A stretch of 16,755 nucleotides of DNA from Myxococcota bacterium (lineage in GTDB: Bacteria; Myxococcota; JACRCW01). The notes beneath the pieces are model-generated. The model did not search any database. It had not been told where the DNA came from and saw nothing but the letters and a program-made list of their open reading frames with translations. The first letter of the stretch is position 1. Each line of letters opens with the position of its first letter. Of the stretch, positions 8,501 through 16,198 are shown piece by piece. Location of the stretch: contig JBFMGU010000230.1 of assembly GCA_040752415.1 (NCBI GenBank), positions 1-16,755 on the forward strand, in the 5' to 3' direction. The position numbers and the translations under genes were made by a program.

Positions 8501-9007
8501 GGACCACACGCGCTCGATCCGACGTGCCAGGCTCCGACGGACACCCTCCGGCGGGTCCTCCAGTCGGGACTGCAACCACGACGAGAACGCCTGCGTGTAG
8601 AGCCGCTCCGCTTCCGGCTCCGTCATCACCGCGAACTGCGGATCAATGCGCGCCTCGACGGGACGCTCGCGCAGCAGGTCGGCGCAGAAGCCGTGGATGG
8701 TGTTGATGTGCGCTTCCTCGAGGTGCGCCAGCGCGCCTTCCAGGTGCATCCGGCGGGCGGGGTCGTTGCTGCGCTGACGCTCAAGCTCCAGCTCGGACCG
8801 CATGCGCAGCTTCAGCTCACCAGCGGCCTTCTCCGTGAACGTCACGGCCACCAGGGAGTCCACGCGCGCCAGCCCCTCGGCCAGCACGCTCACCATGCGC
8901 CCGACGAGCGCGGTGGTCTTTCCCGTCCCCGCGGCCGCTTCCACGACGAGATTGCGGTCCAGCCTTGTGCGGATGGCCTCACGCGCCTGGGCGTCCACCA
9001 TGGTCAT
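5555..9007 (-). CDS. addA: UvrD-family SF1A helicase with C-terminal PD-(D/E)XK nuclease (AddA/RecB-like subunit)
   Basis: Walker A AAAGTGKT, Ia VTFTEKAAGEL, TIHGFC, II VDEFQD, III VGDPKQSIYRFRRA, V MTVHKAKGLEFPVV, VI YVAATRARD; nuclease GSLVHAVL...EGVVDL...VVDFKTD...QVRHY; GAGG ribosome-binding site 7 nt upstream of ATG 9007. Confidence 0.9.
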   Translation of the reverse strand: MTMVDAQAREAIRTRLDRNLVVEAAAGTGKTTALVGRMVSVLAEGLARVDSLVAVTFTEKAAGELKLRMRSELELERQRSNDPARRMHLEGALAHLEEAHINTIHGFCADLLRERPVEARIDPQFAVMTEPEAERLYTQAFSSWLQSRLEDPPEGVRRSLARRIERVWSGGEWEDDGPVERLRRAGWTLVGWRDFPTPWQRPEFARAKAIDEVLEKVHALADLTRNPRRDNDNLHQDTARARRLSDDVRRLAELGRRDDDAMESTLINLLRDRFFAKPRQGYGDLFGQGIPRQQVLSAHDALLAALRRFQEDADADLAALLHGELQGSLAGYETLKQRTGRLDFVDLLVRARDLLRDHDDVRAHFQKRFSHIFVDEFQDTDPLQAEILLLLAANDPAQRVWRDVVPAPGKLFVVGDPKQSIYRFRRADVGIYQDVKRMMEERGALCVQLTSSFRAVRTIQQVVNQAFTSVMDGSAEKLQASYVPLSPVREDYRGQPSVVVLPVPRPYGKRGITAWAIEESLPDAVGAYVHWLLTESGWTVTERERPEERIPIQPRHICLLTRRLESFGNDITRPYVQALEARSVPHLLVGGRSFHHRQEVETVRAALSAMEWPDDELSVFATLKGSLFAIPDDVLLHYRHAHGRFHPFRIPEALAAPELEPVVQALALLRRLHRERNRRPVAETISLLLEATRAHAGFVLRRSGEQALANVLHLAELARQYEASGGISFRGFVEQLQDDAGAGNAPEAPILEEGTDGVRIMTVHKAKGLEFPVVILADMTARMTFTHAARHLDTARNLCVQRIASWLPRELLEHEAEELGREEAEGVRVAYVAATRARDLLVIPGVGDGKYEGSWFSPLYDAVYPDEDRCRRPMKAPGCPAFGKDTVLERPSIDGRGMATVAPGWHVMGDHGVVWWDPQVLKLGEQPSFGLRQEELLGKDAPPDVVAADVKAHEAWRNARDAAVAQGTTPSLEVKTITERAEEPPGPHAPTMEVTVVELPRQGASAGIRYGSLVHAVLAVIPLDATAEQVQQVAEAQARVLGATAEEVRNASRAVHHALSHPILQRARDAVGRGKLRRETPVTLREPDGTLLEGVVDLAFHDGNTWTVVDFKTDAEMEKALEVYKAQVRHYAAAISSATGVRAVPVLLRI

Positions 9008-9371
9008 GGCTGGACCTCGTCTGGGATGAAGCGGGAAAGCATCAGCGCGGACGCTAACGGTCCGTGGCCGTGGCTGTCATCCGGTTTCATGGTCTGAAGC
9101 CGCACGGTCGGGCGTCATCGCAGGCTGGGCGCGTATTCCAGCTTCTCCACACGCCCGCCACTCCCCGCACAAGCGGACCTGGGACGGACCCGCGCCCGTC
9201 GCCAACGGGAACAGCACGCGTTCCTGCGCGTCCCCGGGTCTGCAACACGCGCTGACCACGAGCTGGATGAGTTGGTGCGCGCCCCGTCGAAGGCGGATGA
9301 CCCCACCCCGCTTCCGGCCGCCGCGTCGGTTGCACCGGACGCCGACCCCGTCGATGGGTATGGCGGCGCCC

Positions 9372-10376
9372 ATGTCCCTCCCCCTGTCCATTCTTGACCT
9401 CGTCCCGGTCGTGTCCGGCGGCACCGCGGCGGCTGCGGTGCGCAACAGTCTTGCGCTGGCCAGGCGCGCCGACGCTCTGGGCTACACCCGCCACTGGTTC
9501 GCCGAGCACCACAACATGCCCATGATCGGCAGCACCACACCCGCGATGATGATTGCCTTGGCCGCCGAGGTGACGACGAGGATACGCGTGGGCGCCGGAG
9601 GCGTCATGTTGCCCAATCATTCGCCGCTGCAGGTCGCCGAGAACTTCCGGATGCTCGAGGCGCTGCATCCCGGCCGCATCGACCTGGGTCTCGGGCGCGC
9701 GCCGGGAACGGACCAGCTCACGGCGTTGGCGCTGCGGCGTTCCCGGGAAGCGCTGACGGCGGATGATTTCCCCGAGCAGCTCGCGGAACTGTTGGCATTC
9801 GGCCACGACGCATTTCCCGCCGGCCACCCTTTCCACGACGTCAAGGCCATGCCCCGCGACGCCCGGCTCCCGCCGGTCTGGCTGCTTGGTTCCAGCGGCT
9901 TCAGCGCGGACCTCGCGGCGGAGCTCGGGCACGGGTTTGGATTTGCCGCGCATTTCTCGCCCACGCCGCCCGACGGCCCGATGCTCGCCTACCGTCGTCG
10001 CTTCCAGCCCGGCGCGCTCCCAAGGCCGCACGCCATCCTCACCGTGAGCGTCATCTGCGCCGACACGCATGAAGAAGCAGAACGCCTGGCGGCGCCGATG
10101 CAGCTCGTCTGGGTTCGCCTGCGGACGGGCCAGCCCACGGTACTCCCGTCGGTGGAGGAGGCGCTGTCGTACCGGTACACGCCGCAGGAGCGCGTGGTGG
10201 CGGAGACGTATCGGCAGATGCAGATCATCGGGGACGTGGCGGCGGTGAAGGCCCGCGTCGACGAGATGGTGCGTCGGACGCACGCGGATGAGGTGATGAT
10301 CACCACCGTCACGCATGACCCGGAGCCGCGGGTGCATTCGTATGAGTTGTTGGCAAAGGCGTACGGTTTGAATTGA
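9372..10376 (+). CDS. LLM-class flavin-dependent oxidoreductase (luciferase-like monooxygenase, YhbW-type)
   Basis: LSILDL start, GYTRHWFAEHH, IRVGAGGVMLPNHSPLQVAENF, PGRIDLGLGRAPG, VWLLGSSGFSA. Start moved from 9267 to ATG 9372 (MSLPLSILDL) because the family begins there. Confidence 0.93.
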   Translation: MSLPLSILDLVPVVSGGTAAAAVRNSLALARRADALGYTRHWFAEHHNMPMIGSTTPAMMIALAAEVTTRIRVGAGGVMLPNHSPLQVAENFRMLEALHPGRIDLGLGRAPGTDQLTALALRRSREALTADDFPEQLAELLAFGHDAFPAGHPFHDVKAMPRDARLPPVWLLGSSGFSADLAAELGHGFGFAAHFSPTPPDGPMLAYRRRFQPGALPRPHAILTVSVICADTHEEAERLAAPMQLVWVRLRTGQPTVLPSVEEALSYRYTPQERVVAETYRQMQIIGDVAAVKARVDEMVRRTHADEVMITTVTHDPEPRVHSYELLAKAYGLN

Positions 10377-10481
10377 AGCCGCGCCAAGGGTGCCGTCCGG
10401 GGGGGCGAAGCACGCCGTCCACGGGCGGGTCCGTCGGCGAAGTTCATGGTTGCGCGGTCACCGCGTGATAACCTGAGCGCC

Positions 10482-12062
10482 ATGCGTGGTCATGGCCTTG
10501 CGGCGCTGGCGGCGTTGGGAGTGGCGGTCTGGTGGTCCGGGCCCGCGTGCGTGCGGTGCCAGGAAAATGAGATTCCGGAGGACGGGCGCTGCGTCCGCGC
10601 GTGCAATGCGCAGCGCGACTGTACCGGTGAAGAGGACTGCCTGGACGGACGTTGTGTCCCCGCCACGCCGGGTGGAACCGGCGCCAGCACGCACGTGACC
10701 GGTTCTTCCAGCACCAGCAGCAACGCCGCGGGTTCCAGCGGAAGCTCCGCATCGACGACGTCGGCCAGCAGCACCAGCAGCGCATCCGCAGCAACCTCCG
10801 CAACAACCTCCGCGACGTCCAGCACCGCGAGCTCCTCCGGCACGGCCGCAACCTCCACGGCCAGCACCGCAGCGTCGTCCACCAGCACCCAGAGCGGCGT
10901 CAGCACCTCATCCAGCGTGTCCACCGCCACAGCATCCAGCGCGTCGGCCACCTCCAGCAGCGCGTCGGTGAGCACGTCGCTGACCTCCAGCTCGGCGGTG
11001 AGCACCGGCGGCGTGGCAACCAGCAGCAGTGCCAGCGCATCCACGTCTTCCGCGGCAGTATCCACCGCCTCCAGCTCCAGCTCGTCAACCGCGTCAATCT
11101 CGTCGTCATCAAGCGGCGGACTGGCCTTCCTGGGGGAGTTCGTCAACGTGGACAACGTTGCGACGGGGGTCCTGGTGGAATCCAACGTCGTGGAGGTGCA
11201 CGTCGACGGCGCGAGCGCCGGGATCACCGTGCAGGGAGACGGAAACCCGGAGTATCGCGTGTGCGCGGATCAAGCGTGCTCCATGGTCAGGTTGGACTGG
11301 GGTTCCACGGCGGCCGTCCTCCAGGCCTCCGGATACGTCCAACTGCGCCTGTTCAGCAGCCCCCTGGGCAGTGCCGCCCACACCGCCACCGTCATGGCCG
11401 GCAACGTTGCGACGGATTGGACGGTGAGCACCGGCGTGGCGGTGACCTTTCTGGGCTTTGCCGCCACCGCTGCGGACAGCCCCTTCACGTTCCCCGACCA
11501 GAGCCTGGGCACGCCGGTTCCCGGCCGGCTCATCGCGGTCATGGTGCACACCTCCACCAACGGAAACACGGCGATCAGCGGCGTGACGGTGGGCGGCGTC
11601 AGCGGCGTCAAAGTCATCTCCGTGCATGAGAACCAGGGCGCGGGCGCTCCCACCGCGCTGTTCATCGTGGATGCGCCCCTGGTGAGTGGTGCGGACGTCG
11701 TGGTGCAGACCAGCGGCTCGGTGGGGCTGCGCTGCGCCGTGGGCATCTGGTCGCTTCAGGGGCTGCAATCCAGTGCACCCGTCGACACCGCAACCTACGA
11801 CGGGCCAGACCCCGGGGCGCTGAACGTGGATGTGCCCGCCGGCGGCGTGGTGCTGGGCGCCTTGACCAAGAACAGCTCCATGGGCGCCACCGCAACGTGG
11901 AGCGGGCCCGAGCCCCAGTACGGCGGCGTCATCAATGAGGGCACCGGTACGCTCTACAGCGGCGCACACGCCTTCCTGGCGCAGAGCCAGACCGGTTACG
12001 TCGTCACCACCGCCGGCGGACCATCCGGGACCAATCGCAGTGTGGTGGCGAGCTTCCGGTAA
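10482..12062 (+). CDS. Secreted or lipid-anchored surface protein: Cys-rich knot, ~150-aa Ser/Thr stalk, two beta-rich C-terminal domains
   Basis: Signal MRGHGLAALAALGVAVWWSGPAC (alternative ATG 10446); CVRACNAQRDCTGEEDCLDGRCVP; stalk ~10670-11120 ending SSSSSSGG; domain A ~11121-11432; domain B ~11433-12059. Confidence 0.85.
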   Translation: MRGHGLAALAALGVAVWWSGPACVRCQENEIPEDGRCVRACNAQRDCTGEEDCLDGRCVPATPGGTGASTHVTGSSSTSSNAAGSSGSSASTTSASSTSSASAATSATTSATSSTASSSGTAATSTASTAASSTSTQSGVSTSSSVSTATASSASATSSSASVSTSLTSSSAVSTGGVATSSSASASTSSAAVSTASSSSSSTASISSSSSGGLAFLGEFVNVDNVATGVLVESNVVEVHVDGASAGITVQGDGNPEYRVCADQACSMVRLDWGSTAAVLQASGYVQLRLFSSPLGSAAHTATVMAGNVATDWTVSTGVAVTFLGFAATAADSPFTFPDQSLGTPVPGRLIAVMVHTSTNGNTAISGVTVGGVSGVKVISVHENQGAGAPTALFIVDAPLVSGADVVVQTSGSVGLRCAVGIWSLQGLQSSAPVDTATYDGPDPGALNVDVPAGGVVLGALTKNSSMGATATWSGPEPQYGGVINEGTGTLYSGAHAFLAQSQTGYVVTTAGGPSGTNRSVVASFR

Positions 12063-12129
12063 CGCAGCGCGGGTGCAGCCCCAGCCTTGGCGCGGGAATC
12101 AGTGCCGCTCGTCATCCGGCTTCGCTCGA

Positions 12130-13113
12130 TCACGGCGTGACCTCCACCCGCCCCGCCAGGATGTCCGCTTCAACGCGTTGCACCGTGGCCGCGTCGTCGT
12201 CGGACAGCAGGCCACGGAACGGCGCCAGGGATTGCGCGCCCTCCCGCAGCCCGAACTTGTACTGCTTCCCTTCCCACCGCCCCTGCTCCACCAACCGCGC
12301 GCCGTTCAGCAACAGGACGTCCACGCGCTGGATGCCGCTGGTGACCACACTCTCGGGCGCCAGGTGGTTCTGGTCGACGGCCCAACCAATGGCATGGACC
12401 CCCGCGGCCTTTGCCTCCCGAAAGACGCCCACTCCGGCGGCATCAGCATCAGCAAGCAGGACGTCAAAGCCCCGACGGATCAACATCCGCGCAATGGACG
12501 CCGCCTTGCCTTCGTCATACCAGCTCCCAAGCCAGTGAACCTCGACGCTGACGGATGGCTTGGTGGCCTTGGCGCCGCGCTCGAACAGCACGGCCTGCTC
12601 CTTCATGTGGGGATAGGGGACCCCGCCAATGAACGCCACCTTGCCCGAAGCGCTGCGCAGCGCCGCCACCGCACCGCACAGGTAGCCAAGCTCGCCGTCG
12701 CGGAAGCTCAGCGCTCCCAGGTTGAAGTTGTTGCCGGGGTAGGAACCCACCACGGCGAAGCGGGCCTGGGGAAACTCCGGCGCCACCTTCTCCATCGACG
12801 GGATGTACTCCCCGCCGTGGCCCACCACGAAATCAAAGCCGGCGCGCGCGTAGTCGCGGATGATCGGTTCGGCAGCGTCCGCGGTCACGCTGGGGGTGTA
12901 GACCACCTCGGCGCCCAGCTCGCGCTCGATGCGCTTCAACCCCTGGTACCCCGCCTGGCTCCAACCGTGGTCGTCGGGTGTGTCGGGCAGCAGCAACGCC
13001 ACGCGAAGGGCAACCTGTTCCGGGGCTGGAGCGTCGGAGGAGGTGTTCCGGCAGCCGGGCGCCAGGGCAAACAGCAACCACGCAACCAGGTGGAGCGTAT
13101 GACCGGAATGCAT
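12130..13113 (-). CDS. BMP (basic membrane protein, PnrA/Med-like) family substrate-binding lipoprotein
   Basis: Lipobox-like LFALAPGC from ATG 13113; DDHGWSQAGYQGL, GFDFVVGHGGEY, GYLCGAVAA..SASGKVAFIGG, GSWYD, AIGWAVDQ, VVTSG, FGLREG. The upstream extension to 13332 looks non-coding. Confidence 0.9.
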   Translation of the reverse strand: MHSGHTLHLVAWLLFALAPGCRNTSSDAPAPEQVALRVALLLPDTPDDHGWSQAGYQGLKRIERELGAEVVYTPSVTADAAEPIIRDYARAGFDFVVGHGGEYIPSMEKVAPEFPQARFAVVGSYPGNNFNLGALSFRDGELGYLCGAVAALRSASGKVAFIGGVPYPHMKEQAVLFERGAKATKPSVSVEVHWLGSWYDEGKAASIARMLIRRGFDVLLADADAAGVGVFREAKAAGVHAIGWAVDQNHLAPESVVTSGIQRVDVLLLNGARLVEQGRWEGKQYKFGLREGAQSLAPFRGLLSDDDAATVQRVEADILAGRVEVTP

Positions 13114-13407
13114 CCTGGGTTCCACGACAAGCCTACCTAGCGCTCCACGTCCCGTCGGACACGAGGCCGGAGCTTGCGCTGGGACGGCCAACCCCGACGG
13201 CGTTGCGGCGCACCCGAGCATCCGCTGCCGTTCCTGGCGCACCCTCAACCCACTGCTTGGAACGCTCGCGTGCAACGCGGTGCACCGTCGCCCCTCACAC
13301 GCGATTGCGCCGGCCATCCCTCTGAGCTCCACACCAGAGACCCACGCCCGCAGCCCGATCGTCCTCGGTCAGCCTCGGAGATCGACGACGCGGCGACGCA
13401 TCCCGAC

Positions 13408-13424
13408 TTGGCAACCTCATTGCA
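13408..13424 (+). promoter_or_regulatory. sigma54 (RpoN) -24/-12 promoter candidate
   Basis: TTGGCAACCTCATTGCA matches TGGCA(C)-N5-TTGCW with exact GG-N10-GC spacing, ~40 nt upstream of ATG 13465. Confidence 0.6.
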
Positions 13425-13464
13425 GAACACCACGCCGAACCGTTCCTTGAGGGGGGCCGAACCG

Positions 13465-14091
13465 ATGGTCAAGCATTTCGCAACCGTTGCAGTCGCTGCC
13501 CTTGCCGTTGCTGCGCCGAAGGTGGACATCGGTACCACGGGTGGCGAATTGGCCGGCGCATGGGCGGCAAAAGCAAGGACGAAGGGCGGCCTCGGCACCT
13601 ACCTGGTACTTGCCCCGGATGGCAGCGCCATCAGACAGTTTGGAGCGCTGGTGGACTTCCAGTACCGGACTGAGGGCACGACGCTCCTCCTGCGCCTCAG
13701 CTCGGGGAACGCAGACGCCGACACCGAGGCCAGCTCCTACAAGATCGTCGGCGACACCCTGATCCTCGATGACGGTGTGCCAGACAATCGTCAACAGCTC
13801 CAGCGCGTTGGCAAAGCAGTCAGAGGGCAAGCTGCCATCGTCGGAACCTGGACCTTCACGCACTACACAGGAGGCCAGGCGTTCTGGCAATTCACCAGCG
13901 CTGGCCTGGCGCAGTTGCGAGTCCCGTTCACCACCAGCAAGGGTCGTTTTACCGTGGACCGCGATGAGATCACCTTCGCATTTGAGGGCGAGAACAAAGT
14001 CACCATGCCATTCGCCCTCAGGGACGATGTTCTCACGCTTGTTCCAGGCGTCCCCGAGTATGAGCAGACCTTCATGCGGGTGCGGCCCTGA
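13465..14091 (+). CDS. 208-aa secreted hypothetical beta-strand protein with two lipocalin-like G-x-W modules
   Basis: GAGGGGGG upstream; signal-like MVKHFATVAVAALAVAA; LAGAW and IVGTW starts; repeated Y/F-x-x-x-G/D-D-x-L-x-L strands. The longer ORF from 13174 is an unlikely start. Confidence 0.75.
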   Translation: MVKHFATVAVAALAVAAPKVDIGTTGGELAGAWAAKARTKGGLGTYLVLAPDGSAIRQFGALVDFQYRTEGTTLLLRLSSGNADADTEASSYKIVGDTLILDDGVPDNRQQLQRVGKAVRGQAAIVGTWTFTHYTGGQAFWQFTSAGLAQLRVPFTTSKGRFTVDRDEITFAFEGENKVTMPFALRDDVLTLVPGVPEYEQTFMRVRP

Positions 14092-14092
14092 T

Positions 14093-14296
14093 CACGGGGT
14101 GCATCCAGAGCAGGTGGGTCAGTGGAAGCGTCAGCTCGTCGAGAACGCTGCCTTGGTGTTCGAGAGCGGTGCAGGTAGCGACTGGGAGCGGCGCGAGGAA
14201 GAGCTGCTGCGGAAGATCGGCGACCATGGAGCGCGATTTCCTGGCACGCGGGCTGCCGCGCTCCCGCTGACTGTCCATTTCCAGGCGGGCAGAGCA
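14093..14296 (+). mobile_element. IS3-family remnant: 3' half of orfA (frameshifted) joined directly to a right terminal inverted repeat
   Basis: HGVHPEQVGQWKRQLVENAALVFE...EEELLRKIG, then in a shifted frame TMERDFLARGLPRSR* (stop ends 14270), typical of IS3 OrfA HTH plus coiled coil. 14271-14296 CTGTCCATTTCCAGGCGGGCAGAGCA resembles an IS3 end (5'-TG...TGGACAG on the minus strand). Confidence 0.75.
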
Positions 14297-14401
14297 CTGG
14301 CGCACTTTGAGAACATCCTCGAGATCCTGGCGGGCGTGACGGAACCACTCAAAAGCGGGTATCTCAGCTCAGTCGGTGTCTCGGGGGCCGCGGAGCAGAG
14401 A

Positions 14402-16198
14402 ATGCGTCGGTTTGGTCTGTTGATGGGTTTGGCTTTGTTGGTGTCGGGGTGTCGTCAATGTGGAGGTGGAACTTCGTCGGACAGCAGTGATTCCACCACC
14501 GCGGCGTCTACCGCTTCTTCCAGTTCCAGTTCGGGTGCGTCATCGTCGTCGTCCACAGGGTCGTCGTCGGGCGCGTCCACGACGACCGCGTCCACATCCA
14601 GTGGCTCCGGGACAAGCACCAGCACATCCTCGGGGACTTCCTCAGCGGCCAGCAGTTCGGGCACTCCGAGCACCTCGGCAACGACATCCACTTCCGCGAG
14701 CAGCACCGGTACGACAACGGGCTCCACCGGGTCGACCTCGACCACGACCTCTTCAGCCACCTCCTCCGCCACGAGCACGTCCAGCTCCGGCGGGTCGCTC
14801 ACTTCGACTTCCTCCAGCGGCGTGGTGGGATCCACTTCAGCGTCGGCGTCGGCCTCGTCCTCGTTCTCATCGTCGTCGTCGTCGTCGTCGGGCTCCAGCA
14901 GCTCATCCAGCGGGGGTGTGCCAATCACGGTCACGTCGGTGGCGCCCCTCACGGGATTTGTGGCGGGCGGACTGACCATCACCATCACCGGCAGCGGGTT
15001 TGCGGACGGCTTGACGGTGTCGTTCGACGGTGAACCGTGTCTTTCCGTGGTGGTGTTGAATGATACAACCGCCACGTGTGTGACGCCCGTGTTCGCTGCC
15101 GGCGCGGTGGACGTGGCCGTGAGTCTGGGCGCGGAAACGGTGCGCGCGCCGGAGAACTTCATCTACAAGGACTTCACCCAGGTGAGTCTGCTGGCAGGGA
15201 CGGATACCCCAGGGTTTGCCGATGGCGCGGGGGACCTTGCGCAGTTCAGTGAGGCCATCAATGACTTTCTGCTGGTGGGTCAGGATCTGGTGGTGACGGA
15301 TGGAAACAATTACCGACTGCGCGTGGTGGATCTTTCAGGTTTCCAGGAGCCCATCATTCCCTCGGCATTCAATGTGACCACGCTCGCCGGGAACGGAGCT
15401 TTTGGCCTGGTGGACTCCACCGACGGCACCGGCGGTACGGCGTCGTTTGTGCAGCCTGACGACCTGGAGCTTCAAGGCGACCTGCTGGTGGTAACCGACG
15501 TGAACTGGGCCAACCCCACGGGCGGCGCCGTGCGCACGGTGAGCCTGCTGACCGGAGAGACAACGAGCGAAATCGACATTGTCGGATACGCCGGGGGCGC
15601 GCTCCAGTTCGTCGACGGCGTTCTCTACATGTCGGAGTGTGGTGAGGCGCACCGGGTGGTGACCGTGGACCTGCTCCTGCGTACCCTCTCGACCTTCTCG
15701 GGCGGACCGGAGCTGGGCGACGCCGTCGGGGACGCGGCCACCACCCGTTTCAACTGCCCTTACGGGCTGATTCCCTCGTTGGATGGGTCCGCTTTGGTGG
15801 TTTCCGACACGCTCAACAACAAATTGAAAGTTCTGCAGCCGTCCGACGGAAGCTCCACGCTCCTGGCAGGAGAAGGCACGCAGGGGGTGGTCGACGGTCC
15901 CGCCGCCACCGCGCAGTTTTCCTACCCAAGCAAGATGACCCAACTGGGCAATGGGTATCTCGTCGCGGATTGGACCGGATGCGTCTTGCGACACGTCAAC
16001 GCCACCACCGGTGAGACCACCACCTTTGCTGGAAACAGCCAGGAATGCGGCGCGGACAACGGCCCTCTGAGCAGCGCGCGCTTCCACCAGATTGGCGGCG
16101 TCCTCTACGCCCCCGCGTACGGCATCTTTGTGGCCCCCACCAACTACGGCTGGGCCACCGTCCCCACTGGTGCGGGGCAAATCCGTCTCATCCACTAA
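14402..16198 (+). CDS. 598-aa lipoprotein: Ser/Thr stalk, IPT/TIG domain, NHL-repeat beta-propeller
   Basis: GGAG upstream; MRRFGLLMGLALLVSGC (Cys17); stalk ~14460-14917; IPT PITVTSVAPLTGFVAGGLTITITGSGF...ATCVTP...GAVDVAV; NHL-like LAG...DG....A.F..P repeats (LAGTDTPGFADG, LAGNGAFGLVD, GDAATTRFNCPYGL, LAGEGTQGVVDGPAATAQFSYP, FAGNSQECGADNGPLSSARF). Confidence 0.9.
   Translation: MRRFGLLMGLALLVSGCRQCGGGTSSDSSDSTTAASTASSSSSSGASSSSSTGSSSGASTTTASTSSGSGTSTSTSSGTSSAASSSGTPSTSATTSTSASSTGTTTGSTGSTSTTTSSATSSATSTSSSGGSLTSTSSSGVVGSTSASASASSSFSSSSSSSSGSSSSSSGGVPITVTSVAPLTGFVAGGLTITITGSGFADGLTVSFDGEPCLSVVVLNDTTATCVTPVFAAGAVDVAVSLGAETVRAPENFIYKDFTQVSLLAGTDTPGFADGAGDLAQFSEAINDFLLVGQDLVVTDGNNYRLRVVDLSGFQEPIIPSAFNVTTLAGNGAFGLVDSTDGTGGTASFVQPDDLELQGDLLVVTDVNWANPTGGAVRTVSLLTGETTSEIDIVGYAGGALQFVDGVLYMSECGEAHRVVTVDLLLRTLSTFSGGPELGDAVGDAATTRFNCPYGLIPSLDGSALVVSDTLNNKLKVLQPSDGSSTLLAGEGTQGVVDGPAATAQFSYPSKMTQLGNGYLVADWTGCVLRHVNATTGETTTFAGNSQECGADNGPLSSARFHQIGGVLYAPAYGIFVAPTNYGWATVPTGAGQIRLIH
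14870..14890 (+). repeat. (TCG)7 trinucleotide run encoding poly-Ser at the end of the stalk
   Basis: Seven consecutive TCG units in frame. Confidence 0.8.

Noticed and set aside
5522..9097. 1191-aa plus-strand ORF
   Set aside because: Antisense shadow of the addA-like gene. It has no recognisable motifs, and stop-free antisense frames are expected with high GC3.
9267..9371. Longer N-terminus for the LLM oxidoreductase
   Set aside because: Arg/Pro-rich non-family sequence; homology begins at MSLPLSILDL.
10670..11120. Ser/Thr-coding low-complexity DNA as a tandem repeat or CRISPR array
   Set aside because: No fixed-length repeat-spacer periodicity; it is explained by the in-frame Ser/Thr stalk. 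The same applies to 14460-14917.
10490..11227. Antisense Val/Leu/Ala/Asp/Glu-rich ORFs (also 14455-15162)
   Set aside because: These are reverse-complement readings of the Ser/Thr stalk codons.
13114..13464. Upstream extensions of the BMP ORF (to 13332) and of the plus-strand ORF (from 13174)
   Set aside because: They overlap each other, precede clear signal peptides and cover a sigma54-like promoter, so the region is better read as intergenic.
13769..14401. N-terminal extension making an 809-aa transposase-lipoprotein fusion
   Set aside because: It overlaps the 13465-14091 gene and runs through the IS scar. A ribosome-binding site and a clean lipoprotein signal start at 14402.
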